64,000 bases of DNA from Octopus vulgaris (taxonomy: Eukaryota). Shown here piece after piece: positions 1-10,804 of this stretch (positions are counted from its first letter, which is position 1; each line of letters opens with the position of its first letter). The notes under the pieces were generated by a model. That model saw nothing but the letters and a program-made list of their open reading frames with translations, did no database searches and had not been told where the DNA came from. Position numbers and translations under genes: made by a program. The stretch is taken from positions 26,908,001 to 26,972,000 of the forward strand of contig OX597832.1 in NCBI GenBank assembly GCA_951406725.2, written 5' to 3'.

Positions 1-160
1 AAAAGCATTCAAAGCAGAGGCTATCGAGTTGCACTGTCTGAAGCCATCTTTCTACCAGTTCTTTGATCCCATGCTGATACCAGTTCTTGTCCTTCGAGGT
101 GAAGACGATTCCTTCACAGAGGCTTCCACCTCCTCTTGGTTGATGAAGCATCATGAACAC
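1..160 (-). mobile_element. Mariner transposase C-terminal fossil
   Basis: Minus-strand translation, with a frameshift, gives ...FINQEEVEASV / SKDKNWYQHGIKELVERWLQTVQLDSLCFE, matching the mariner 'F..GI..L..RW' end. Confidence 0.65.
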
Positions 161-489
161 AAGAGGTGAGCCATGGGACCATGGAATGGAACAAGCAATA
201 ATCTGAAGGAACTATGTATATACTGGCTGTGGCATCAGTTTGATTTCCTCAAGTTCCTGCAGTTTATTCAGAGCCATTCAAATAATTTACTTATATTCCT
301 GTACATACTGAGTTCAAATCCTGCCAGAATCAGTTTATCCATTACCTTCCTGGGGCTCTGTAATATAAGTGCCAATCAAATACTGGGAAGTAGGTGGGGG
401 TTGATCTGATAATCTAATCCCTTCACCAAAGAGCATGTGACATTGTACAGGCATTGAATACATTATTTCTTGTATATTCTTTTCAACAG

Positions 490-853
490 GTGTGTGCAGG
501 TGCTCCTGTACAGGTAGCACATAAAAAACACCATTTGAGTGTGAAAAAACATTCGAGTGAGGTGGTCATTGCCAGTGCCGCTGGACTGGCTCCTGTGCAG
601 GTGGTACGTAAAAAACACCACTTGAGCGAGGCCGTTGCCAGTACTACCTGACTAGCCCTCATGCCAGTGGAATGTAAAACCACCCACTACACTCTCAGAG
701 TGGTTGGCGTTAGGAAAGGCATCCAGCTGTAGAAACTCTGCCAGAACAGATTGGAGTCTGGTGCAGCCATCTGGTTTGCTAGTCCTCAGTCAAACCGTCC
801 AACCCATGCCAGCATGGAAAGTGGACGTTAAACGATGATGATGATGATGATGA
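490..853 (+). mobile_element. RTE-tailed SINE-like repeat with internal tandem subunits and (GAT)n tail; further copies ~6790-7112, 9185-9430, 37450-37820, 41310-41660, 42090-42350, 44450-44655, 46670-46935
   Basis: Shared core GAGTGGTTGGCGTTAGGAAGGGCATCCAGCTGTAGAAAC...CCAACCCATGCCAGCATGGAAAGCGGACGTTAAACGATGATGAT, preceded by repeated GTGCCGGTGGCAC-TAAAAAGCACC units. Confidence 0.85.
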
Positions 854-1369
854 TTCTTTTCAGCAACATGGCTTTCGTAAACAGCAGCAGCATGGGTTAT
901 TGATTTCCAACAGCTCAATCATTGGTTTAAGGAATTTCCAATCACATTAGTGATAAAGGGAGTGTCTGTGCAACTCGGGTGGAATAAACAACACAGTGTT
1001 TCGTTCAATGCATCAGTTTATTGGTTTAACAATGTGCATATTTTTCACCAGATCAGCTTCCACACAGTTTTCTTCTAAACTCTATTCAAAAGGTGTTGGT
1101 TAACCCAACTCTAGAGTAGAGATACTTGCCCAAGGTATCGTTCGACCTATGGCTAGAGAAAAAGTACTTGCTCAAGGTATTGTTCAACACAAAGCTAGAG
1201 TGGAGATACTTGCCCAAGGCTTTGTGCAATCTGAGGTTAAATTAGAAGACACTTGCCCAAGGAGCAACGGAGAGGGTTTGAAACCAGAACCCTTTGGTTG
1301 TAAAAATAATAACAACTGACACAGCCACACACACACACACACACACACGAATAGAAGTGGTTTGCTTAC

Positions 1370-1492
1370 CTTTTGACTGGACAGCAAGGGTCATAAAATG
1401 GGCAGAATACATCTTCTGGTGATACTCCTTCAGTCGGCTGTACACATCAATGTTATCTTTATTGGGATCAGTGCGAAGTGACGTAATATTAC
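1370..1492 (-). CDS. NRDC: Nardilysin exon: (G)NITSLRTDPNKDNIDVYSRLKEYHQKMYSAHFMTLAVQSK; gene continues beyond the left edge
   Basis: GTTTTAG acceptor, G|GTAAGC donor, 123 nt. YSAxxMTLxVQS is a nardilysin-type motif. Confidence 0.94.
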
Positions 1493-1544
1493 CTAAAACC
1501 AAACAATAGGGGTCAGTTTGTAATATTCCTGTGAATTATTACGA

Positions 1545-1998
1545 AAGTGATGAACTGGCTGAACCGTTAGTAAGTCCAGACAAAATGTCGCTAAGCGTTT
1601 CATGTGGCTCTGCATTCTGAGTTCAAGTGCTGCTGAGGCTGACTTTGCCCTTCATCTTTTCAGGGTCGATAAAATAGGTATAAGTCAACTGCTGGGGTCA
1701 ATGCAATTGAGTACCAACCCACTGAAATTTCAGGCCTTGTGCACATTAATAATAATAATCCTTTCTATTATAGGCACAAGGTCTGAAATTTCAGGAGAGA
1801 GGACTAGTCAATTATATCGACCTCAGTGTTCAACTTGTAATTATTTTATCGACCCTGAAAGGGTAAAAGGCAAAGTCGACCTCAGTGGAATTTGAACTCA
1901 GAACGTAGTGACAGGCGAAATGCCGCTAAGCATTTCGCCTGATGTGCTAATGATTCTGTCAGCTCATTGCCCGGAATGCAAACAATTCTGCCAGCTCA
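1545..1998. mobile_element. Tail-to-tail pair of the dominant tRNA-derived SINE (20+ copies in window, e.g. 3190-3422, 4030-4240, 20285-20852, 22230-22445, 33672-35030, 40628-40815, 43030-43222, 56603-56820, 60775-61075, 63555-63695)
   Basis: A-box-like GAGCTGGCAGAATCGTTAG, B-box GAGTTCAAATTC, conserved core GTCGACTTTGCCTTTCATCCTTTCGGGGTCGATAAA-TAAGTACCAG, (TTA)n-type tails. Confidence 0.9.
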
Positions 1999-2496
1999 CT
2001 ACATCATCATCATCATCACCCCTACCACCACCACCACTATCAACAACAACAACAACAATAATAAAAGCAGCTTTAACAAGCCCTTTTCCATGCTTGCATG
2101 AGTTACACAGACGCTGAGACAGATTTTCCATGGCCGGATGCTCTTCCCCTCACCAAACCCTCACTTGCTTCCAAGCAACGTTATATTTCCCTGTGACTGG
2201 ACATTTTTCCATACAAGATTCAGAACAAAGAACACCACTTGTATGACAGTGGCACTCATTTACAACTGACAAGCAATGTCAAGAAAAGCATGCACAAACA
2301 CACACACATAGAAATACAACAGGCTTCTTTCAGTTTCCTTTGAGCAAATCTACTCACAGAGTTCTGGTCAGCTCAAACACTTGCTCAAGGTATCACACAG
2401 TGAGATTGAACTCAAAACCACGTGGCTGGGAACTGAACTTCTTAACCACACAGCCATTCCTGTGTCTAATAATAATCATAATAATAATAATAATAA

Positions 2497-2853
2497 CCTG
2501 AAGACTAAAACAATACCTGTTGTCATAGGTGCCCTGGGAATGATAGCAAAAGGGGCTGATTGCTACCTAGCTCAGATACCAGGAAACCCCAAAATGGCAG
2601 AAATTCAAAAGATAGTGCTCATAGGAACTGCTCATATCCTACGCAAAATACTTTCTATGTAATCTCAAGTTTTAAAACAAATATAATTTTTGTATGTTTG
2701 TTTTAGACATTTACTAGTACAACACTAAGTACAAAACCAAATATATGGTACCCTAGACATAACATCAACATGAACTTCCAACTTGTCTCTTGAGGTCTCT
2801 GGGTGAGACTTGGAGCCAACTTGTACAAATGTAAAGCAAAAGTCAAACATAAG
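2497..2853 (+). mobile_element. 5'-truncated REL-endonuclease non-LTR retrotransposon (R4/Dong- or NeSL-like) 3' end inside a (TAA)n tract
   Basis: Translates to LKTKTIPVVIGALGMI...IQKIVLIGTAHILRKILSM*, the conserved C-terminus of REL-type LINEs. (AAT)n on both sides (2467-2496, 2854-2887). Confidence 0.75.
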
Positions 2854-2888
<35 letters not shown>

Positions 2889-2919
2889 CTGACCAGATCC
2901 ATATTTGAGATTTACTTAC

Positions 2920-3015
2920 CTTCAATAAAATTCCCAATTGGGTGACCGGTTCTGCAGAGATTGGCCAATAGACGAGCAGACCGATTATCATCATCAGGAC
3001 GTCCTTCTTCAAATT
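2920..3015 (-). CDS. NRDC: Nardilysin exon: (E)FEEGRPDDDNRSARLLANLCRTGHPIGNFIE(G)
   Basis: CCTACAG acceptor, G|GTAAGT donor, 96 nt (phase 1->1). HP...F..GN motif continues into the next exon. Confidence 0.93.
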
Positions 3016-3805
3016 CTGTAGGAATCAGACCAAAAAAGATGTTAGAGAACACAACAGATGGATACGTGATGTGGTGGACAACATTATTGGTCACTTTGGA
3101 CATAGAATAATACCTATTCCATACAGTCTTGGTTCTATAAACATTACATACACCATATTCTTCAGCAATGGATTGAAATCAAAGATTCTTATTTCTTTAC
3201 TACCCACAAGGGACTAAACATAGAGGGGGACAAACAAGGACAGACAAACTGATTAAGTCGATTACATCGACACCAGTACGTAACTGGTACTTAATTTATT
3301 GACCCCGAAAGGATGAAAAGCAAAGTCGACCTCAGTGGAATTTGAACTCAGAATGTAGCGGCAGACGAAATACCACTAAACATTTTGCCCGGCTTGCTAA
3401 CGTTTCTGCCAGCTCACCGCCTTTGAAATCAAAGATTCTGGCCAAGCTACAGTATGGTCTTGTCACTGGGATTGTACTGTGACCAACTTCCCAGTTATGA
3501 CAAAAATTCTCATACTGACCACACTCAACTATGCTCAATTTCCTTGCTATGGGTCAATGTCACAGCTATGATCAATAATCTAATTATGACCTATATCTCA
3601 TCTATGACCAGAACTCCAGAATTATGACCAAAGTCTCAACTATCCAATTATGACCAACATCTCAGTTCTAACCCAGGTTCCAGCTATGTCCAAGGTCCTA
3701 TCTATGGTCAGTTTCCCAGTGACCACACTGGAGCCCAACCCAGACAGCATAAACATCATCGAGAACCCTGCAAATCCCCCAAATCCAAAAGAGGGCACCA
3801 CTTAC

Positions 3806-3932
3806 CACTGTCGACAGCTTTTATCTCCCTGTTGACGCTGTCCTCTCTCATAAGGGGCGAGATGAAGAACTGAGCAAACATATCCAAAGACTTCTCAAAG
3901 AACTTCTGTTGGACGTTGAAGTAAAAAACCGT
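3806..3932 (-). CDS. NRDC: Nardilysin exon: TVFYFNVQQKFFEKSLDMFAQFFISPLMREDSVNREIKAVDS(E)
   Basis: TTTCACAG acceptor, G|GTAAGT donor, 127 nt (phase 0->1). FAQFFISPL...RExxAVDSE motif supplies the distal zinc-ligand Glu. Confidence 0.96.
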
Positions 3933-4659
3933 CTGTGAAATGAAGTTAATTAAAAAAAAAATAAATTAATCAACAAACTAGAGACCGTGATGAAAAATTG
4001 AGTGTAGAGACAGAGTTAAAATATTCCGTTCTAGAACAGGAACAAAGCCTGAAATTTATCGGGAGGTGCAAGCCAGTTATAGTGACCACCACCCAGTTTT
4101 CAACTGGGACTTATTTTATTGACTCCAAAAGGATGAATGACAAAGTTGACCTCAGTAGCATTTGAACTCAGAACGCAAGGACATGAAATGCCACTGAGCA
4201 CTTTGCCTGGCATGCTAATGATTCTGCCAACTTGCTGTCTAATTAGACAGAGTTGAAATATTAATGATCATGAGTAGCCATTGCTAATTAGCATAAATTA
4301 ATAGTATGTAGATATTGCCAATGTATAAATTAAGGTGTAGACAAAGTTAATAGTATGTAGGAGTATTGTTACTATAGAAATTGACAGTGTGTAGAATGTC
4401 AATATATTAACTGATGGTGTATATGCAGTGTTAATGTATAAAATAAGCAGGTGTGTGTGACCCCCTTTGGTCATGAATGACCATGGGATTGCACCTACAA
4501 AGTTCCCCTCCAAGGCACAAGTCTGGCAAGGTTGTTTATGAAAGACCAGCACTCGCCCATGCATCACGGCCTCTCCTCTTCACACCACCAATGCTATCCA
4601 AGGGAAAGGCAAAGAGGCCGATAGAGCTTGGCCTTTACTAGTGATGTCACAACTCATTT

Positions 4660-4940
4660 ATTAACGTGCAAGTGGCTGAGCATTTCACAGACATGTGTAC
4701 CCTTAACGTAGTTCTCGGGGAGATTCAGTGTGACAAAGAATGTGACAAGGCTGGCCCTTTGAAAATACAGGTACAACAGAAACAGGAAGAAAGAGTACAG
4801 CAGGGTTCGCCACCACCCCCTGCCAGAGCCTCATGGAGCTTTAGGTGTTTTCGTTCAATAAACACTCACAATGCCTGATCTGGGAATCGAAACTGTGATC
4901 CTACGACTGCGAGTCCGCTGCCCTAAACACTGAGCCATTG
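4660..4940 (-). mobile_element. tRNA-derived SINE(s) of further families (related pieces ~23110-23345 +, 26900-27140 -, 49830-50050 -)
   Basis: Head TGGCTCAGTGTTTAGG...GTTTCGATTCCC with Pol III A/B boxes. The 4660-4750 body is the reverse complement of the 23245-23320 body. Confidence 0.7.
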
Positions 4941-5099
4941 CATGTACAGTGTTGATAAGTAATTAACAGTTTGTAGGCAGTGTTGATGTATAAAATAGTG
5001 TGTCGACAGTGTTTAAAGAAGATCAAAATAGCATGAGGCCCCCTAAATAGCCATATTAAAAAATATAAAAAAAAAAAAAACCATAACAAATCTACATAC

Positions 5100-5200
5100 G
5101 GCTTCGTAATCTGTCCAAGCGTTTGAGTATCCACCATGACGTGCAAGGAAATCATCAAATTCATTTTCTTTTGGATATTTCTTACTTCCCATGAACACCA
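5100..5200 (-). CDS. NRDC: Nardilysin exon: (M)VFMGSKKYPKENEFDDFLARHGGYSNAWTDYEA
   Basis: TTTCAG acceptor, GCC|GTATGT donor, 101 nt (phase 1->0). Classic FMGSxKYPxEN...GGxxNAxT M16 motif. Confidence 0.96.
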
Positions 5201-6029
5201 CTGAAATATAGAGTAATAAATTCACATTTTAGAGTATGACATGAGGTAGACAGTGCCATCTGCAAAGGTAACCCCAATAGTGTCAGTGGAACAAGAAAAA
5301 AAAAGAAAAAAGAAAGAAAAGCCCCCGGTACACAGAGTAAAGTAGTTGGCATGAGGAAGGGCACCTAGCTGTAGGAACAATACCAAAGATGATATTGGTG
5401 CAGGACACAGTTTTGTAGTTTGCCAAATCCTGTCAAATTGTCTGACCCATGTCAGCTTGGAAAATGGACGTTAAAGGATGATGACCACCTGGTGCCTTGT
5501 AGGTATATCTTGTAGCATCCTCACTACCAACTGTTCTCCTTTTCTAGCTGGGGTAGCCATGTATCTCCTTACATCAAGACGCTTGTTTCTCAACACCCAG
5601 CATAAGCCACTTCCTTCAATACCACCACCACCACCACCACCACCACCACCACCGCAACCACCCCCGCCGCCGCCACCACCATCACCACCACCATCATCAG
5701 TGCCCTTTGCATGTCACAAATATCAATTCCAATGCTTTTATATGGCCCTTGATTTTAGGATCTCAATTAGTGGTGGGCAAGGTAGGTGTGAGAGTCAGGA
5801 TCTTGCCATTTGGGCATAAAATAGGTAGAATATTTGGGGCCGCTATGACTGGATTAAATGCTAAAGGTTTAAAAGGGCTCATGATTGTTACCCATCTGAT
5901 TTAGTCATTGTGGATCACATATAAAGTCTAGGGGTTAAACAACAAGAACAGACGATAGCAAACAACCTTGGATGTTACCTCAAACATTTGCTAAGCATTA
6001 GAGAAGGAAATATGGAGAAGAGAACTCAC

Positions 6030-6111
6030 TGTGCTCCAGGAAGTGTGACAATCCTTGAATATCTGGAGGGTCTGACATTCCCCCAACGCCCACACAAAGG
6101 GCAGCAGCAGC
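6030..6111 (-). CDS. NRDC: Nardilysin exon with zinc-binding HXXEH: AAAALCVGVGGMSDPPDIQGLSHFLEH(M)
   Basis: TTTTTGTAG acceptor, A|GTGAGT donor, 82 nt (phase 0->1). HFLEH is the inverzincin motif of peptidase family M16. Confidence 0.96.
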
Positions 6112-6587
6112 CTACAAAAACAACAACAAAAATGCATGACTGTGTGTGTGTGTAGAAAGGGGTCAGAAACAAACTGATGCTTCCACTCTCCCTTTCACAC
6201 ACAGAGGACAAGAAGACGAGAGACAGGGATAAAAGGGATACAGCTCCTTACACGAGTCCCCAAACACAATACCTACACACACCCACAATAGCTATGCATG
6301 TGCATACAAGGGACATACACAAACTGTAGACACACACACACACACATACAGAGAAATGGGAATAGAGTAGAAGATAAATGGCAAATCTGGAAATTTCCTT
6401 AAATGGACAAAAATAAAGCTTATTTTTTAGAAATAAAATAATAATATTATGGAGATGTACTTGCATAGCAAGTGACCTGATCTGAGATCGTGTGCTGGAA
6501 CGAAAACAATTGCAGTGTGGAAGGTGTTTATAAGCCATTTAAGAATCACACAAAAACCGTTAGATTCACTTCAACATTTAAATTTAA

Positions 6588-6638
6588 TTTGTTAAAATAT
6601 TTTCGTCGCTTTGAGACTGCGACCTGATCACTGACAAA
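6588..6638 (-). ncRNA. Minimal type-I hammerhead-ribozyme-like fold with variant core GUGAUCA
   Basis: UUUGUCA-GUGAUCA-G-GUCGC-(AGUCUCAAA)-GCGAC-GAAA-AUAUU-U-UAACAAA: stem I 6/7 bp, perfect stem II, palindromic stem III (AAUAUU). Confidence 0.6.
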
Positions 6639-7207
6639 ATTCTGTGCTGCTTTTTAAAATAATAATAATAAAAGGTTTAGCAACAGCACTGAATAGACAA
6701 ATCTTTGTTCAACACAAACATTAAAAAATGGTGATGAGATCATTTAAAAGGAAATTTCTTACAGTGAATATCAATGGAAATAGTAGTTGTGATACCTGTG
6801 CCGGTGGCACATAAAAAGCACCATCTGAACGTGGCCGATGCCAGCGCTGCCTTGACTGGCTTCTGTGCCGGTGGCACATAAAAAGCAACATCTGAACATG
6901 GCCGATGCCAGACTACCCTGGCACCTGTGCTGGTGGCACGTAAAAAGCACCCACTACACTCGCGGAGTGGTTGGCATTAGGAAGGGCATCCAGCTGTAGA
7001 AACACAGCCAGATCAGACTGGAGCCTGGTGCAGCCCCTGGCTTCCCAGACCCCGGTCGAACCGTCCAACCCGTGCTAGTGCAGAAAACAGACATTAAACG
7101 ATGATGATGATGAATTTTTCTCCAGCAGAAGCGTTTACGGCAAAATTCCTTGTAGCATTGTGTGGTGGGGGAGTGCTTGGGGTGACGAGGGAAGGGGCTT
7201 AGTTTAC

Positions 7208-7412
7208 CTTCTTCTTGTTTCCGATGTTGCATCGTTTGTTGCGTGGGTTGCCTTCACTTTCACTTTCATCGGTGTCCGATTGTACGTCGTCGGGCAAAGA
7301 ATCGGCATCTGATTCCTCAGTGTCACTGGTAAAGGTGATCTCCGAGTATTCATCGGTGTCTCGAAGATCGGAGATCAGCAAAGCTCTTAGGCCATTGTTT
7401 AATGTGATTATT
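7208..7412 (-). CDS. NRDC: Nardilysin exon with acidic insert: IITLNNGLRALLISDLRDTDEYSEITFTSDTEESDADSLPDDVQSDTDESESEGNPRNKRCNIGNKKK
   Basis: CTCTAG acceptor, AAG|GTAAAC donor. LxNGLxALLISD followed by an Asp/Glu-rich stretch is the feature separating nardilysin from insulin-degrading enzyme. Confidence 0.93.
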
Positions 7413-7414
7413 CT

Positions 7415-7835
7415 AGAGGAGAGAGAGAGAGAGAGCATGAGAATGTGTTAGGGGGAAAGTGAGAAGGAGAAGGAAAGTGAGGGGGAGAGAGAAAGAAAGA
7501 GAGAGACAGACAAGGAAAGAGAGCAGAGAGAGAGAGAGGGAAAGAGTGAGGAAGGAGTGAGAGAGAAGTGAGAGGAAGGAATGAGAGAGAAGTGAGAGAA
7601 AGGAATGAGAGAGAAGTGAGAGGAAGGAATGAGAGAGAAGTGAGAGGAAGGAATGAGAGGAAGGAGTGAGAGAGAAGAAGTGAGAGGAAGGAGTGAGAGA
7701 GAAGGAGTGAGAGAGAAGAAGTGAGAGGAAGGAGTGAGAGAGAAGAAGTGAGAGGAAGGAATGAGAGGAAGGAATGAGAGGAAGGAGTGAGAGAGAGTTT
7801 AAGTAAAGAGAAAAGGGAGTATGGAGGGAGGTAGT
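7415..7835. repeat. ~420-nt purine-rich (GA) minisatellite, a polypyrimidine tract on the NRDC strand
   Basis: Repeats of GAGAGAAGTGAGAGGAAGGA; no CT (minus-strand AG) between 7415 and 7839. Confidence 0.9.
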
Positions 7836-8014
7836 AAGACTTGACAGAGAGAGTGAAACAGTCATCATCATCATCATCAAATAAATGAATCGACTCAACA
7901 TATGAAGTGGATGAGAGATAATAGCCACCCTGGGTAGAACACTGGTCTGTCATCATAGACAGAATTCCCTATGGTGAGAGAAGCTACCCGTATATTCTCA
8001 CAGGTATATAAATT

Positions 8015-9180
8015 ACAGTAACAAAGCACCCAATGTGAGTTATGGACACAAAAGGGGTGCATTGGAATAACAGGAAGATTATCAGAGAAAGTGGTTCTGG
8101 TGAGTGGAAGATGGACAGGGGTCATAGAAACTGCTGATACCCGGGGAATCAATTTTCTCAATTGTCCCAGAGGGTCTTCAGAGGTAATGAATAATTTCTG
8201 CTACCTAGGGGACGAAATTAGTAGTGGGGGTGGATGTATGGAGAGTGTAATGGTTAGAATAAGAATAGGGTGGAGAAAATTCAGAGAGGTTGGCAGCAAA
8301 AGGCGAGCTGGCAGAATCGTTAGCACGCCGGGCAAAATGCGTCGCTGTATTTCGTCTGCCGTTACGTTCCGAGTTCAAATTTCGCCGAGGTTGACTTTGC
8401 CTTTCATCCTTTCGGGGTCGATAAATTAAGTACCAGTTACGCACAGGGGCCGATATAATCGACTTAATCCCTTTGTCTGTCCTTGTTTGTCCCCTCTGTG
8501 TTTAGCCCCTTGTGGGCAGTAATGGAAAATATATTTATATATATCACGCCGGGCAAAAAGTGCTTAGCGGCATATTGTCTTATCTTAACGTTCTGAGTTC
8601 AAATTTTGCCAAGGTCGACTTTGCCTTTCATTCTTTCGGGGTCGATATAAATTAAGTATCAGTTATGCACAGGGGCCGATATAATCGACTTAATATCATT
8701 GTCTGATCTGGTTTGTCCTCTCTGTGTTTAGCCCCTTGTGGGTAGTAAAAAAATAGGTTTCTCTCTCTGAGTGAAGGGAAGATTGTAGATGTGTATATAC
8801 AGACGGTAATTCTACATGGTCATGAGACGTGGGCCCTGAATGCAGAGGACATACAAGGGCTAGAGAGGAATGAGTCTAATATGATCTGCTGGATGTGTAA
8901 TGTAAGCATACATGTACGACAGCGTGTTAGTGTTTTGAGAGAGAAGTTAGGCATAAGAGGAACTGGTTGCTGTGTGCAAGAGAGAAGACTCTGCTGGTTT
9001 GGTCATGTGATGTGGATGGATGCCGACACTTCCATAAAGAAGTGCCAATCTCTCAAAGTGGATGGAACATATGGAAGAGGAAGAAATGGCACAAAGTATT
9101 GAAGAATATACAGAATGCTGAACTTTTTGGATGAGATGACAAAGGATCGAGATACCTGGTGCCTTGTTGTACTCAAGGAG
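8015..9180 (+). mobile_element. Degenerate RTE-clade LINE ORF2 fragment interrupted by two SINEs (8291-8525, 8545-8757)
   Basis: EVMNNFCYLGDEISSGGGC...RIRIGWRKFRE, then after the SINEs VILHGHETWAL...ERRLCWFGHVMWMD...GRGR: RTE C-terminal motifs. Confidence 0.88.
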
Positions 9181-9711
9181 ACCCATGTAAAAAGCACCAT
9201 TTGAGTGTGGTCGATGCCAGTGCCATCTGACTGGTCCCATGCCAGTAGTACGTAAAAAGCACCCACTACACTCTCAGAGTGGTTAGCACTAGGAAGGGCA
9301 TCAAACTGTAGAAAGTCTGCCAGACCAGATTGGAGCCTGGTGCAGCCTCCTGGTTTGACAGTCCTCATTCAAACCATCCAACCCATGCCAGCATGGAAAG
9401 CGGACATTAAATGACGACAACGATGATGATTTATTAACTGATTTTTCTTTGTTTAAAACTGGGTGAAAAATCTTTTGCAATCATGCATTGGAATGGAGGA
9501 ACAAGATTTGAGGAAGAAGAGGATACCCATTAAACATGGTTTTCTTAAAAGATTACATATAAAACTTGTTGCTCATAGTAACCAGAACAGCCTAAACCAA
9601 CCATGAACCAATGACAAAGTCATTATGTGGCTATGCAACTTCCTAAAAATAACAGCCAAATCTTCCTCAAATCACACCCTACAGTCTTAAAAGAGAATAA
9701 ATAAATACGTG

Positions 9712-10082
9712 CAGGAGTGGCTGTGTGGTAAGTAGCTTGCTTACCAACCACATGATTCCGGGTTCAGTCCCACTACGTGGCACCTTGGGCAAGTGTCTTC
9801 TGCAATAGCCTCGGGCCGACCAAAGCCTTGTGAGTGGATTTGGTAGATGGAAACTGAAAGAAGCCCGCTGTATATATATATGTGTGTGTCTGTGTTTGTC
9901 CCCCCCAAATCGTTTGACAACCGATGCTGGTGTGTTTACATCCCCGTAACTTAGCGGTTTGGCAAAGGAGACCGATAGAATAAGTACTAGGCTTCCAAAG
10001 AGTAAGTCCTGGGGTTGATTTGCTCGACTAAAGGTGGTGCTCCAGCATGGCCGCAGTCAAATGACTGAAACAAGTAAAAGAA
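9712..10082 (+). mobile_element. Full-length tRNA-derived SINE with internal TA/TG microsatellite (other copies 22457-22735, 43740-44140)
   Basis: GGAGTGGCTGTGTGGTAAG...GGTTCAGTCCCAC...CACCTTGGGCAAGTGTCTTCT...GCTCCAGCATGGCCGCAGTCAAATGACTGAAACAAGTAAAAG. Confidence 0.85.
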
Positions 10083-10276
10083 TAAAAGAAAAGAAAGAAA
10101 AAGGAAGAACATGATAAAGTTGGACAACGTGGTTCTAGATATAAAAAATTTGGATGGAGAGGTCATGGTTGCAATACCTTTGATCACAGCTACCAACTGG
10201 ATCAGGAGTGGCCTAGGGTTAAATAACAACAGCTAAAGTTAATGATACAAGTTAATCAGAAAGATTAAAGATTTAC

Positions 10277-10470
10277 CGATAATCTCTCAAGTCATTGAGG
10301 GATTTAATCACTGGGCAAGGAGGAACATCGACCGAAGATTCCAGATATTTTTCATTGGCTGGCATTTTTCTGTTGTCTTGGATGCAACGATGGCAGCTGT
10401 GGTGTAGAGATTGAGTCACAGACTTTTGGTAATTAGCTTTTCCAACACGGATATCAAATCCTTCAGTTAG
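10277..10470 (-). CDS. NRDC: Nardilysin exon with probable start codon (ATG at 10365): MPANEKYLESSVDVPPCPVIKSLNDLRDY(R)
   Basis: Acceptor TTGTTGACAG before 10470, donor CG|GTAAAT after 10277. IKSLNDLRDYR matches the M16A N-terminal 'IxKSxxDxRxYR' motif. Phase 2 joins the 7412 exon. 35 codons upstream of the ATG are also open. Confidence 0.85.
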
Positions 10471-10804
10471 CTGTCAACAAACCAACAAAATACAAGGGAG
10501 AAGATAACAACAACAACAACAACAACATGTTCTACTAATAGGTGCAAGGTTTGAAAGTATGGGCAGTCAAACTAAATTGAGCCTGATATTTAACTGGTAC
10601 TTTATTTTACCAATCCTGAAAGGATAAGGGCAAAGTTAACCCTGGTAGCATTTGAACACAGAATGCAAACCAGGAAGAAATGCTACAAAGCAATTTCTCC
10701 AGCACAGGAATGGTTCTGCCAGCTCAAGGCTTTATGTAGAAATACTAATAATAATAAATAACAACAACAATAATAATAATAATAGTAATAATAATAATAA
10801 TAAT

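Noticed and set aside
4860-4940. tRNA gene
   Set aside because: A/B boxes are present but there is no acceptor stem/cloverleaf, and it continues into a repeat body: a SINE head.
7408-7956. 182-aa Ser/Leu-rich ORFs
   Set aside because: Translation of the intronic CT-rich minisatellite.
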